From NCBI GenBank assembly GCA_943788175.1, contig CALSPG010000001.1:240873-304872 (forward strand): a stretch of 64,000 nt of DNA, written 5' to 3'. This stretch comes from an uncultured bacterium. GTDB lineage: Bacteria > Fidelibacterota > Marinisomatia > Marinisomatales > UBA1611. Shown piece by piece: positions 8,251-18,480 of the stretch; the first letter of the stretch is position 1; every line of letters begins with the position of its first letter. The notes beneath the pieces were generated by a model, which ran no database searches, was not told the origin of the DNA, and worked only from the letters and a program-made list of their open reading frames with translations. The translations under genes and the position numbers were made by a program.

Positions 8251-9878
8251 ATGTCACAATTTAATAAAAATACTTTTTTGTTTTTTCTTTCTCTCCTATT
8301 TGTGTTTACAAATTTATATGCTGTTAATAAAATTTCTGTTTCAGGGATAGTGGAAGACGTGAATGGCGTGTTGCTTTCAGACGTGTTAATAACTTTAAGT
8401 AGGCAAAACAACAGCGCTGTTTCAAATCGATTCGGTGAGTTTGACCTTGGGCGTATTTCTTCCCAAACGATACAATGTATGTAATGTGTATAGCTGGTTT
8501 TCAAAAAAAAGAATTCATGCCTTCATAACTAGTATGAAAATAAAGCTATTTCCTAAATCTATTATTCAAGAAAAAATAAATAACGTAAGAAATGGCCAGA
8601 CGCTGATTATTCCGCCTGGTATTCATTTTCTTTATCCGGATTTTAATGTGGATAGTACTTTTGGTCTAATTATTAGTAACAAATCAAACGTTACAATCCA
8701 AGGATCCGAAAATTCAGAGATAAGATTGTTGAAAAAGAACGCGGATATTTTTCGTATTTTTAAATCAAATAATATTAATATAAAAAATCTAATTATTAGT
8801 TACGATGATTTAGATAAAAGGACAAAGAATTTTAATATTTCTAGAAGTCAAGCTGTTGATTTTCCTGATGCTTTAAACTTGGCGAAAAATCATGTATGGT
8901 GAAAACTCGGTTTTTAAATATGACGGTAGTCTTCACCATACAAAAGGTTTTAAAGAACCTTTTATTGAACATCATTTAGCGAATGTCGTCAATATCGTGA
9001 ATTCAACAAATATAACTTTCGATAGCGTAACTTTTAGTGCTCATGGGAAAATATGCCTAGCCGGACAAAACTCACGAAATATTTCTATTAATAATTCTGT
9101 ATTAAATGATGGTATTTATGGAACAGTATTAAAAAATTGTCAAAACGTTAGCATTTCAACAATCTCTTATTATCGGATAATGCAGAGTTATATTATTACA
9201 ATAATAGTACATTGAATTACGTTGATAATAAAATTAAAATTTTAGGGTACCATGTTCCAGAACTTATTTTTGTCGAAGGTGGTTCTATAGAGATGCTAGA
9301 TGAAACTATTATTCCACCACCAAAACCCACTTATCTTAGCTCTGAAAGTTTTAAAATGAGTAAGAAAGAAATTACGTTTGATCAATATGACTCTTTTTGT
9401 ATGGCTACAGATAAGGGTTTGCCCGATGACAGTGAGTGGGGCCGTGGGACTAGGCCTGTTATAAACATATCTTATGATGATGCTGAATTGTATTGCAAAT
9501 GGTTAAGTGACCTTACGGGAAAGAAGTTCAGGCTACCCAATGTTACTGAATGGGAATTTGCTGCTAGAGGTGGTTTAAAAGGCGGTGATGATTATGCGTA
9601 TAGCGGCAATAGTTTGTTGGAGCCAGTAGCTTGGTGTAAATACAATACAAATGGAATGACAGAGCCGGTTGGTTTAAAAATTCCCAATGAACTAGGGTTG
9701 TTTGATATGTCTGGAAATGTATTTGAATATTGTAGTTCAACAAATGACAGCATGATTGTTCTGAAAGGTGGATCTTGGGCAAATAGTGGAGTTGGTTGTA
9801 GAGTTGCTGACGAAGTTGTAAGCAGTATACACCATTGGGATGATAATATTGGCTTTCAGAATAGTTCAAGGAGACTAG
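8251..9878 (+). pseudogene. secreted CarboxypepD_reg / right-handed beta-helix / FGE-sulfatase (SUMF1-like) multidomain protein, broken by several frame changes
   Basis: The signal peptide is MSQFNKNTFLFFLSLLFVFTNLYA. A CarboxypepD_reg-like segment follows (ISVSGIVEDVNGVLLSDVLITL...NRFGEFDLG), then beta-helix-type repeats (NVTIQGSENSEI, INIKNLIISY, NITFDSVTF, ISINNSVL, NCQNVSIS) spread over ORFs 8435.., 8892.. and 9212... The FGE domain shows RPVINISYDDAELYCKWLS, FRLPNVTEWEFAARGG, GLFDMSGNVFEYC and KGGSWAN. The expected tail GFRIVQGD-stop (TAG 9876-9878) is 1 nt out of frame. Confidence 0.65.
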
Positions 9879-9880
9879 GC

Positions 9881-10552
9881 ATTAGAAATCTAATTATAAT
9901 TGTTCTAATTAAGCTTTTGTTATTAATTGATTGTCTTCAAGCAAATCTTCCATTAGGATTTGTATACCTTGATTCAATTATCCCAACAGTAAAAATTGAT
10001 TTAAAGTACTTCGGTAAAGAGAATTTTACAGGTACTAATATTAATGGATATGATTCAAATAGGTGTATTATATCAAAAGACGCTGCTTTTGCATTAAAAA
10101 ATGTACAAAGTGATTTAGGTCACTTTAACTATGGTTTGAAGGTTTTTGACGCATATAGGCCACAAAGAGCAGTTGACCATTTTGTAAAATGGGCTAGAAA
10201 TAATAATCAAAAAATGAAAAGTGTTCATTATCCAAATGTGAATAAGAAAAATTTATTTAAGGAAGGATATATTGCTTCTAAGTCAGGTCATTCAAGGGGT
10301 AGCACGGTAGATTTAACTATAATTGATTTTGAAACAGGGTTAGAACTAGATATGGGTACATGTTACGATTTTTTTGGTGAAGAATCATGGATCACATTTG
10401 AGAATATCAATGTAGTTCAAAAACAAAACCGCCTACTTCTTCAATCGGTTATGAAAAAATATGGTTTTAAGCCTTTAAAGGCCGAATGGTGGCATTTTAC
10501 GTTACATATTGAGCCTTTTCCCAATAAATATTTTAATTTTAAGATTATTTAA
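9881..10552 (+). CDS. ddpX: D-alanyl-D-alanine dipeptidase, M15D (VanX/DdpX-like); start codon uncertain
   Basis: Motifs are GFVYLDSIIPTVKIDLKYFGKENFTG, FDAYRPQRA, SGHSRGSTVDLTI (SxHxxGxxxD) and EWWHFTL (ExxH). A signal-like segment (RNLIIIVLIKLLLLIDCLQA) precedes them. No ATG, GTG or TTG lies upstream. AAGGAGA (9868-9874) sits 6 nt before ATT 9881. Confidence 0.7.
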   Translation: MRNLIIIVLIKLLLLIDCLQANLPLGFVYLDSIIPTVKIDLKYFGKENFTGTNINGYDSNRCIISKDAAFALKNVQSDLGHFNYGLKVFDAYRPQRAVDHFVKWARNNNQKMKSVHYPNVNKKNLFKEGYIASKSGHSRGSTVDLTIIDFETGLELDMGTCYDFFGEESWITFENINVVQKQNRLLLQSVMKKYGFKPLKAEWWHFTLHIEPFPNKYFNFKII

Positions 10553-10557
10553 AAATA

Positions 10558-11913
10558 ATGGTTCGATATAAAAAGATTGCTGTTATTTTATGTTTAGTTT
10601 CTCTTTCAATTGCAGAAGATATCAAACCTAGTTACGAGCAAACTTCAATTAAAATTATTAATTCTCTTAAATCAGATAGTGTTGGTTATAATAGATTATC
10701 TTATCTTTGTGATATGTTTGGTCCAAGGCTTAGTGGTTCAAAAAATCTTGAAAAAGCAATCGACTGGATTATAAAGGAAATGAAACTCGATGGATTATCT
10801 AATGTAAAAGGTGAAAGAGTAAAAGTACCTACTTGGATAAGAGGGGAGGAATCATTGCAAATTCTGGTTCCGTATATAAAAGATTTAAAAATTCTTGGAA
10901 TAGGTGGTAGTGTTGGTACACCTAAGGCTGGAATTAGTGGAGAAGTTTTAGTACTAAATAGTTTTGATGAACTGGAAGAAGTAAAGTATAAAGCAAGGGG
11001 AAAAATTGTTTTATTTAATGTGCCTTTTACTACTTACGGTGAAACGGTAAAGTACAGATATGATGCTCCTAGCAAAGCTGCAAAGTACGGTGCAAAAGCG
11101 ACTTTAATTCGTTCTATAGGATCCTGGTCTATGAATACGCCGCATACTGGTACAATGGGAGAATATACTTATCACAAAAAAATTCCTCATGCTGCTATTA
11201 CTTCTGAAGATGCAATGATGATATCTAGGATATCTAAAAGAGGACAAAAAGTAGTATTAAAATTAAATATGGATGGAAAATTTGTCGAAGATAGGTGGTC
11301 TAGAAATATCATTGCCGAACTTAAAGGTTCTACTTACCCGGAAGAAATAATTGTAGTTGGTGGGCATATTGATTCATGGGATGTTGGGCAAGGTGCACAT
11401 GATGATGCTGGTGGTTGTGTGGCTGCTTGGCGTGCTGTTACGTTAATTAAAGAATTGGGATTAAAACCACGAAGAACTATCAGAATAGTCTTATGGACAA
11501 ATGAAGAAAATGGTGGGAAGGGAAATGAAAATTATAAAAATGAACATTTATCTGAGTTAAATAATCACATACTTGCTATAGAATCTGATGGTGGTGTTTT
11601 TGCGCCTCGAGGTTTTGGTTTTACAGGAAGTGAAAAAGCTAGAGATTACATTCTAGATATTGCATCATTACTTGACCCAATTGGAGCTGGGACCATTACT
11701 AATTGGGGTAGAGCAGCAGACGTAGCGCCATTAAATGATAACGGTGTTCCAGTAATGTCTCTTAATGTTGATAATTCTAAATATTTTTGGTACCACCACA
11801 CAAATGCTGATACTTTTGATAAAATTGATTTTCGAGAATTTAATAACTGTATAGCTGCCATGGCGATAATGAGCTATGTTGTTTCTGATATGGAAAAAAA
11901 GTTGCCAAGGTAA
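10558..11913 (+). CDS. M28-family peptidase (carboxypeptidase Q-like, with a PA-type insert)
   Basis: It has a signal peptide. Metal-ligand motifs are VVGGHIDSWDVGQGAHDDAGG, WTNEENGG and WYHHTNADT. Confidence 0.85.
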   Translation: MVRYKKIAVILCLVSLSIAEDIKPSYEQTSIKIINSLKSDSVGYNRLSYLCDMFGPRLSGSKNLEKAIDWIIKEMKLDGLSNVKGERVKVPTWIRGEESLQILVPYIKDLKILGIGGSVGTPKAGISGEVLVLNSFDELEEVKYKARGKIVLFNVPFTTYGETVKYRYDAPSKAAKYGAKATLIRSIGSWSMNTPHTGTMGEYTYHKKIPHAAITSEDAMMISRISKRGQKVVLKLNMDGKFVEDRWSRNIIAELKGSTYPEEIIVVGGHIDSWDVGQGAHDDAGGCVAAWRAVTLIKELGLKPRRTIRIVLWTNEENGGKGNENYKNEHLSELNNHILAIESDGGVFAPRGFGFTGSEKARDYILDIASLLDPIGAGTITNWGRAADVAPLNDNGVPVMSLNVDNSKYFWYHHTNADTFDKIDFREFNNCIAAMAIMSYVVSDMEKKLPR

Positions 11914-11929
11914 ATTACAATTATAAGAT

Positions 11930-14062
11930 ATGTTTTATAAAAATACATACATAAGACTATTTCTATTAATTGTTATTATAATTCTACTCCATAAATATGC
12001 TCCAACTCCTTTAAAATACCCTAAAACCAATATGAATAATAATATCAGTGACAATTACCACGGTAAAGAGGTAAAAGATGAGTACAGGTGGTTAGAGGAC
12101 GAAACCTCAGTACAAACTGATGCGTGGATTCAAAAACAAAACGCGTTTACTGATAGATATATAAGAAAAATCCCCTTTCGTAAAAAGATTCAAAAAAGGC
12201 TTAAAGAACTTTGGAACTATCCAACCATGAGTATGCCATTTATTAAAAATGATAAAATTTATTTTTACAAAAATAATGGCCTTCAAAATCAATCTATTTT
12301 ATACGCGAAAACGAACATAGAAGATTCTGATACCTCAGCAAAAGTAATAATTGATCCTAATAAATTATCTAAAGATGGAACTGTAGCTCTTAGTGGTATA
12401 TATTTTTCAAATGATAACAAATACCTTGGGTATTCAATCTCAAAATCTGGCTCAGATTGGAGAGAGTTTTTTATTAAAGATTTATCTTCAGGGAAAAATT
12501 TAAATGACCATCTGCAGTCGATTAAATTTAGTGGAATGTCCTGGGTCGATGATGGTTTTTATTATAATGCTTTTCCTCAACCAAAGGATGGTCGCGAATT
12601 ATCTGAGATTAATCATAGTAGTAAAGTATTTTTTCATAAATTAGGCACAAGTCAAGACGCAGATCGCTTGGTTTTTTCCGATTCTAAAAACCCAAAAATA
12701 AATAATTACCCATCAACAACAAAAGATGGTGGATTTTTAATTATTTATAGAACTAAAGGTACATACGGTAATAAACTATTAGTTAAAGACTTAAGAAATG
12801 AAGGCAGCGATTTTGTAAGTATTGTTAATGATTTTAATTCTGATATAGATATTATTGACAATCTTGATGGTAAGCTTTTAGCTATTACAGATAGAAATGC
12901 ACCTAGAAAGAAGGTTGTCTTAATAGATCTAAAAAATCCAGAAGAAAATAACTGGGATACTATTATACCTCAAAATGATAATATCCTTACATCGGTTAAC
13001 ATAATAAACAATAAACTAGTTGCTCATTATATGGTGGATGTCCTTTCTAGTTGGTTAATTCATGATTTGAAAGGTGAATTAATTCAAAAAGTAGAATTAC
13101 CAGGGCCTGGAATATCTTATGGATTTGGTGGTAGTAAAGAACAATCTGTTTCTTGGTATATTTTTGAATCGTTGGTTCATCCTCCCACGGTTTTTATGTA
13201 TGACTTTGATAAATTCAAATCAAATTTATACTATGATTCAAAAGCTAAGTTCGACAAAGATAGATTTATCATGAAGCAAGAGTTTTATTTCTCGAAAGAT
13301 GGTACAAGGGTTCCAATTTTTATTGCTTACGAAAAAGATCTCGTTTTAAATGGTTTATCTCCTACTCTGCTATATGGTTATGGAGGATTTAATATATCTG
13401 AAAAGCCATATTTTAATAAAACAATTCCAGTTATACTTGAAAATGGAGGTGTATATGCTATCGCTTGTATTAGAGGAGGTGGAGAGTATGGTCAGGATTG
13501 GCATAGTCAGGGGATGCTAGAAAAAAAACAAAATGTATTTGACGATTTTATTGCTGCGTCAGAGTTTTTAATCACTCAAGGTTTTACTTCACCTGATAGA
13601 TTAGCAATAAGGGGCGGCTCAAATGGAGGAACATTAATCGGTGCTGTTCTTAATCAAAAACCTCACCTTTTTCGTGTTGCGTTTCCAGAAGTCGGTGTTA
13701 TGGATATGCTAAGATATGAAAAGTTTACGATAGGCTGGGCATGGGCTGTTGAATTTGGGTCTGTCGAAAATAAAAATAGTTTTGTGAACTTATTATCATA
13801 TTCACCATTACATAATATCAAAAAGAAATCATATCCTTCTGTTCTAATTTATACCGCTGACCATGATGACAGAGTTGTTCCTGCTCATTCATATAAATAC
13901 GCAGCCAAGCTACAAAGTAATCAAATGAATGATGTAGATCCAATTCTAATTAGGATAGGTACAAAAACTGGTCATGGTGCAGGTAAATCGACAGAAACAA
14001 AGATAAGAGAATATGCTGAAAAATGGGCTTTTATGTTTTATGAGATGGGAATAAAGTACTAA
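11930..14062 (+). CDS. prolyl oligopeptidase (S9A)
   Basis: The N-terminal part shows DEYRWLED and a beta-propeller region. The catalytic triad context is GGSNGG (Ser), ADHDDRVVP (Asp) and GHGAGK (His). Confidence 0.9.
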   Translation: MFYKNTYIRLFLLIVIIILLHKYAPTPLKYPKTNMNNNISDNYHGKEVKDEYRWLEDETSVQTDAWIQKQNAFTDRYIRKIPFRKKIQKRLKELWNYPTMSMPFIKNDKIYFYKNNGLQNQSILYAKTNIEDSDTSAKVIIDPNKLSKDGTVALSGIYFSNDNKYLGYSISKSGSDWREFFIKDLSSGKNLNDHLQSIKFSGMSWVDDGFYYNAFPQPKDGRELSEINHSSKVFFHKLGTSQDADRLVFSDSKNPKINNYPSTTKDGGFLIIYRTKGTYGNKLLVKDLRNEGSDFVSIVNDFNSDIDIIDNLDGKLLAITDRNAPRKKVVLIDLKNPEENNWDTIIPQNDNILTSVNIINNKLVAHYMVDVLSSWLIHDLKGELIQKVELPGPGISYGFGGSKEQSVSWYIFESLVHPPTVFMYDFDKFKSNLYYDSKAKFDKDRFIMKQEFYFSKDGTRVPIFIAYEKDLVLNGLSPTLLYGYGGFNISEKPYFNKTIPVILENGGVYAIACIRGGGEYGQDWHSQGMLEKKQNVFDDFIAASEFLITQGFTSPDRLAIRGGSNGGTLIGAVLNQKPHLFRVAFPEVGVMDMLRYEKFTIGWAWAVEFGSVENKNSFVNLLSYSPLHNIKKKSYPSVLIYTADHDDRVVPAHSYKYAAKLQSNQMNDVDPILIRIGTKTGHGAGKSTETKIREYAEKWAFMFYEMGIKY

Positions 14063-14436
14063 GAAACAATCTTATCGATATCTTCCCTTATTAGGATTAA
14101 TATTGCTGATTGAGGGACAATAAGGTACCCTTTTTGTTCTATTTCAAGCTCTATCGCAGCTTTCCCTAGATAAAGGGCATAATCACCAATCTCTGCTTGA
14201 GTAGGAATATATTTAACATCGCTCTTAGAATCTTTCCATGGCTCATCAACAATATCATCAGGAGCCCCTAATGGTATACCAGGACCAACCTCAACAACAA
14301 TGCCAGCTTTGACTTCTTGCTTTTCAACAACACTAGGAGGGAGGTAAAGCCCCGCTGGAGAAGTCTTATCACCTTTGTCGGGTCGAATTAAAAGTCTGTC
14401 ACCTACAACCAAGATTTGTTTATTCTTACTTTTCAC
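14059..14436 (-). CDS. GroES/Cpn10-like family protein (long form)
   Basis: VGDRLLIRPDKGDKTSPAGLYLPPSVVEKQEVKAGIVVEVGPG resembles the Cpn10 mobile-loop and beta-core pattern. At 125 aa it is longer than canonical GroES. Confidence 0.55.
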   Translation of the reverse strand: MKSKNKQILVVGDRLLIRPDKGDKTSPAGLYLPPSVVEKQEVKAGIVVEVGPGIPLGAPDDIVDEPWKDSKSDVKYIPTQAEIGDYALYLGKAAIELEIEQKGYLIVPQSAILILIREDIDKIVS

Positions 14437-14469
14437 TTGATAAACCCACTAAAGAATATTTTGTAAAGT

Positions 14470-15030
14470 TTAATTATTTTTAGAATCTATTACAGTGGGT
14501 GGTGTTTCTTTTGGTTTGCTACCCCAATAAGAAGGGCGTGTATTAAGCATATAAAATAGATTTTCAGAAGTACGATATACTATATCTACACCAATATTTC
14601 TGTAAAAGTTGTGAGCATAGTCTTGACCTTTATTGCTAAATATAGTCGATGCTATCAGCTTGTCATCCTGAAAAACTGATAAGAGTTTTCCAGAAACGGT
14701 ATCAACGCCAAATGTAACCCATTTATTTGGATTTTTTGACATAACCATATCATAAGTTCCGCCGATAACTTTTTCAAAGAATTGGTCGATTTGCCTATCT
14801 TTAACAACTAACGAATCATTATCAAGGATAGACCAAACTGAGTCAGTTTTAAAAAGAGTGATTGATTCACCAGAAGAATCTTTGAGTATAATTTTATTTA
14901 TAATATCTGCATCTAAATCAAATATCGTTTCAGAGGTGCCTATGTATTTATTTTGTTGTCCTTGATTGATAAAATAAAGAAATAATAATGTGCCAAAGGC
15001 GATGAGTAAGTATTTTAAAGATTTATTCAT
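14470..15030 (-). CDS. DUF4340-like protein, last gene of the gld-like ABC operon
   Basis: It has a signal anchor and lies directly downstream of, and overlapping, the GldG-like gene, which is the usual DUF4340 position. The family call rests on context and size. Confidence 0.5.
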   Translation of the reverse strand: MNKSLKYLLIAFGTLLFLYFINQGQQNKYIGTSETIFDLDADIINKIILKDSSGESITLFKTDSVWSILDNDSLVVKDRQIDQFFEKVIGGTYDMVMSKNPNKWVTFGVDTVSGKLLSVFQDDKLIASTIFSNKGQDYAHNFYRNIGVDIVYRTSENLFYMLNTRPSYWGSKPKETPPTVIDSKNN

Positions 15031-16561
15031 ATATTTGTTTTAGTATATCTGCTTTTGTTTTTTCATTCTTTGATCTGTAGAAGCCTAATCCAGCGATTAT
15101 TAGTGAAGGTAAAAGGACATTAGCCCATTTCCATCGAGTTCTTGTCCCGTCTTCAATCTCATCAAGAGGCCTATTGGTTATTTCACGAGAACGCAGTGCA
15201 ATAAGTTCTTTTTCACCTGCTAAATAATCAATAGCATTCATTAAAAAGACCATATTCTCAGGAATGGACATTCCTGCATCATCTGCTAGAAACTTTGAAT
15301 CAGAAACTAGAATTAACTCCCCACCGGTAGCTAGCCTAGAGGCAGCGCCAACAATTTTACTATCCTGATTTAGGTTTTGGAGAAACGGGTTATTTTTTGG
15401 ATCGGGACTAAGCATAAATCTACCCGCCATGATGCCAGATTTATTAGAACTTGAAAATAGATCAGTCACTCCAATTACTTCGTCGCTTAGTAATGTATCT
15501 AGAACTATTTCACTTGGGAAAAAGACATGTATCTGTTCGAGACCACTAACCACAAGTTCCTGATCATTAAAATTCTTAATTATTGGAAGAAATGGATATT
15601 CCATTGGTACGTTCATCCGGATAAAGCCCATTTGCTGTTGGACTTGTACACGCCCACAAGATTTATCTAGAACTAGATTTTTGTTAATAATTAGACCGTA
15701 TGACTTTAATAAAGAGAATATATTTGAGTTTATTGGATTTGCTTGCTGAACTTGCATGTCGGTTAAAACAGCGCCTTGGGCCATAAAAATGTTTTTGCCA
15801 GAATTCATAAAACTTTGAATATTAGTAATTGAATTATCGTCTAAAGTATCCGTAGCTCCACTTATTAACATCACATCAATATTATCCATTATTAAATCTT
15901 CATTTGAAAGATCTAATGATTGAACATTATGATGTTGTCGTAATTGATTAGAAAGGTTTTCAGTTTTAACCTCTTCGGTTTTCGAAAGGTTCACAATGCC
16001 CACTGTTTTTTTATTTGTATTTACTAGAGTTTTAATTTTTGTTGTTATTAAATATTCTAAACCAGTAGCAGTTTGAATAACGGGTATAGTCTCTTTTTTA
16101 TCCTCATAAAGCATCACCATTCCTAAATATACTTTCTTAATCTCTAGCTTGTCATCTTCAACAACCTGCATCTGAACAGGTTGTATACCATCCTTTTGTG
16201 CTTCTTCTTGTAGTTTTTCATTAGATTCCGGATCAGTAAAGAAAAATCGAATGTTATCAGACTTGGCTTCATACTCTTCAAGCAAATCTTGTAAATATCT
16301 TTTAGTATTAGATAGCTCGCCAGGGAGATCGTTAGAGAAGTACACCTTCATAGTTAATAAGTCGTCAATTTTATCTACGATGTTTTCGCTCGAGCTACTC
16401 AGAGAATACATTTTGTTGTCAGTAAGATCAAAACGTTTGTACCAGTTTCTACTAATTAAATTGAGTAATAATAATGCTCCTATTAAAATGAGAAGATATA
16501 TTGTGAGAGAATTTCTATTTTTTACTAACATGTATTTAACTCCATCTCCGAGACTCAACAA
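15023..16561 (-). CDS. gldG: GldG-like ABC-transporter auxiliary protein
   Basis: 512 aa with N- and C-terminal TM helices flanking a large periplasmic domain. It follows the ABC-2 permease. The start may be the second Met (MLVKNRNS...). Confidence 0.7.
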   Translation of the reverse strand: MLSLGDGVKYMLVKNRNSLTIYLLILIGALLLLNLISRNWYKRFDLTDNKMYSLSSSSENIVDKIDDLLTMKVYFSNDLPGELSNTKRYLQDLLEEYEAKSDNIRFFFTDPESNEKLQEEAQKDGIQPVQMQVVEDDKLEIKKVYLGMVMLYEDKKETIPVIQTATGLEYLITTKIKTLVNTNKKTVGIVNLSKTEEVKTENLSNQLRQHHNVQSLDLSNEDLIMDNIDVMLISGATDTLDDNSITNIQSFMNSGKNIFMAQGAVLTDMQVQQANPINSNIFSLLKSYGLIINKNLVLDKSCGRVQVQQQMGFIRMNVPMEYPFLPIIKNFNDQELVVSGLEQIHVFFPSEIVLDTLLSDEVIGVTDLFSSSNKSGIMAGRFMLSPDPKNNPFLQNLNQDSKIVGAASRLATGGELILVSDSKFLADDAGMSIPENMVFLMNAIDYLAGEKELIALRSREITNRPLDEIEDGTRTRWKWANVLLPSLIIAGLGFYRSKNEKTKADILKQIYE

Positions 16562-17249
16562 GTCTCGTGGTTAGAAAAAGGAAAAAACCTATCACAGAAC
16601 CGAAATAAATAAGATTTCGAGTGTCGATAACGCCTCTAGATATGTTGGAGAGATGATATTCAACGCTTAAATATTGTATCGTACCAGCAAGTAAATCCGG
16701 CATAAAGATCAAAACTTTATCAAAAAGCCAAAAAACAAAAATAATAGCGATGCCTACAATAAAAGAAATAACTTGATTATCAGTAACCGCGCTTGAAAAC
16801 ATACCAACAGAAGCATACACTGAACCAACAAGGAGTAAACCTAGGTATCCAGTAAAAACAGCACCATAGTCAATTGAGTTTCCAAAAGAAGAAAGGGTAA
16901 TAAAATGTAATGATGTAGTCAAAAGTGCTATGGCAATGAGTGCAACTGCTGATAAATATTTGCCAACTACGATATCTCTGTCATCAATAGGAAGTGTAGA
17001 AATAATTTCAATTGTACCAAGTCCTTTTTCTCTAGATATGAGTCCCATTGTTATTCCCGGGATAAAAAATAGGTACACCAAGGGTACAATATTAAAAAGT
17101 GTCCTTAAATCAGACTGACCATAAAGAAAAAACGTTGTTGTAAAGAACCATCCGTTCAGTAGCGCAAAAACGACAAGAAAAACATATGCCATTGGGCTAT
17201 CGAAAAACGATTTTAGCTCCCTTTTAAAAATTGTTAGAGTGTTATGCAT
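16536..17249 (-). CDS. gldF: ABC-2 type permease (GldF-like)
   Basis: 237 aa, polytopic. Its start overlaps the ATPase stop. Confidence 0.75.
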   Translation of the reverse strand: MHNTLTIFKRELKSFFDSPMAYVFLVVFALLNGWFFTTTFFLYGQSDLRTLFNIVPLVYLFFIPGITMGLISREKGLGTIEIISTLPIDDRDIVVGKYLSAVALIAIALLTTSLHFITLSSFGNSIDYGAVFTGYLGLLLVGSVYASVGMFSSAVTDNQVISFIVGIAIIFVFWLFDKVLIFMPDLLAGTIQYLSVEYHLSNISRGVIDTRNLIYFGSVIGFFLFLTTRLVESRRWS

Positions 17250-18193
17250 TATGAAGGCTTACCATTGCTTGTTAAGTTTCGAAAAATATCCTCAAGGTTT
17301 TGTTTTGTGGCTACCATTTCTAAAATAACCCATTTTTTAGAAACGGCATAATTGAATATATCAGCACGAGGATCTTTGTTATTTGAATATTCAATATTAA
17401 TGTTAGTGTAAGAATCGTTTTTAGTAATGCTATCTATATCAATAGATGGAATAGTCGCTTTCATATCTTTAATATCATTTTCATTAGCATTACTAACATC
17501 AATACTTAACTCAACTTTACCGCCAGCTGAATCTTTGAGAAGCGATTCACTAGAACCATCAGCTACAATAGAACCTTCATTGATAATTATGATTCTATCA
17601 ACGGTAGCTTGTATCTCTTGTAAAATATGAGAAGACATTAAAACAATTTTTTCTTTTCCAAGTTTTTTTATTAATTGTCTTATTTCAACAATCTGGTTTG
17701 GATCTAATCCAGTTACCGGCTCATCAAGAATTAGTATTTTTGGGTCGTGAATCATCGCAGCTGCTAAGCCAATTCTTTGTTTATAACCTTTAGAACAGTT
17801 GCCAATAGTTCGATGAGCAACAGCATTTAAAGAACATTCTTCAACAACTTTTTGAAATGCATTTTTAAAGTCGTTACTGGGAATACCTCTTATATCTGAA
17901 ATAAATTTAAGATAATCATGAACTCTCATTTCACTGTACAGGGGATTGAGCTCAGGTAAATAACCTATATCTTTTTGTATATCCGATGTGTCATCTTGTA
18001 TGTTTCTATTTCCATAATAAACGTTGCCTGATGAGGGGGAGATGTAACCAGTCATTATTTTTAACGTTGTGCTTTTTCCGGCACCATTAGCACCAAGGAA
18101 ACCAACTACTTGACCGTCCTGCAATTCAAAAGATATAGACTTTACTGCTTTTACGTCATCATAGTTTTTAGATAAGTTGTCTACTTTAATCAA
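17249..18193 (-). CDS. gldA: ABC transporter ATP-binding protein (GldA-like)
   Basis: Walker A GANGAGKST, signature-region SKGYKQR, Walker B ILILDEP and H-loop SSH. Confidence 0.9.
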   Translation of the reverse strand: MIKVDNLSKNYDDVKAVKSISFELQDGQVVGFLGANGAGKSTTLKIMTGYISPSSGNVYYGNRNIQDDTSDIQKDIGYLPELNPLYSEMRVHDYLKFISDIRGIPSNDFKNAFQKVVEECSLNAVAHRTIGNCSKGYKQRIGLAAAMIHDPKILILDEPVTGLDPNQIVEIRQLIKKLGKEKIVLMSSHILQEIQATVDRIIIINEGSIVADGSSESLLKDSAGGKVELSIDVSNANENDIKDMKATIPSIDIDSITKNDSYTNINIEYSNNKDPRADIFNYAVSKKWVILEMVATKQNLEDIFRNLTSNGKPS

Positions 18194-18384
18194 AATATGT
18201 TCTCTGCTTTTTTATATCGTTAATGTTTAAATAATTAAAAAGTTCCAAAAATTTTAGACGAAATATTAATACTAAATATTTTTATGGTAAAATAATATTT
18301 TGGTTTGCGCACAAATTATATAAATATTTTTTAGTCTATATAGTCATATATACAATAGAATGTTTTTTTAAGCTTTAATAAAAC

Positions 18385-18413
18385 TTGACAATAGTATTTA
18401 TTTGAAAATAACT
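18385..18413 (+). promoter_or_regulatory. putative sigma70-like promoter for the small cationic protein gene
   Basis: TTGACA (18385-18390), a 17-18 nt spacer, then ATAACT/TAACTT. It lies about 67 nt upstream of ATG 18481 in a 287-nt AT-rich intergenic region. Confidence 0.35.
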
Positions 18414-18480
18414 TATGATAACTGATAAATGTATATCAGTGTTGTCGACAAACAATAACAGTTAACTAAAGGAGAATAGA

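Noticed and set aside
7215-10552. Integrated mobile element or genomic island at tRNA-Gly
   Set aside because: I recognise no integrase, transposase or phage gene. I could not find a direct repeat of the tRNA 3' end by eye. It is kept only as a low-level observation about a decayed region.
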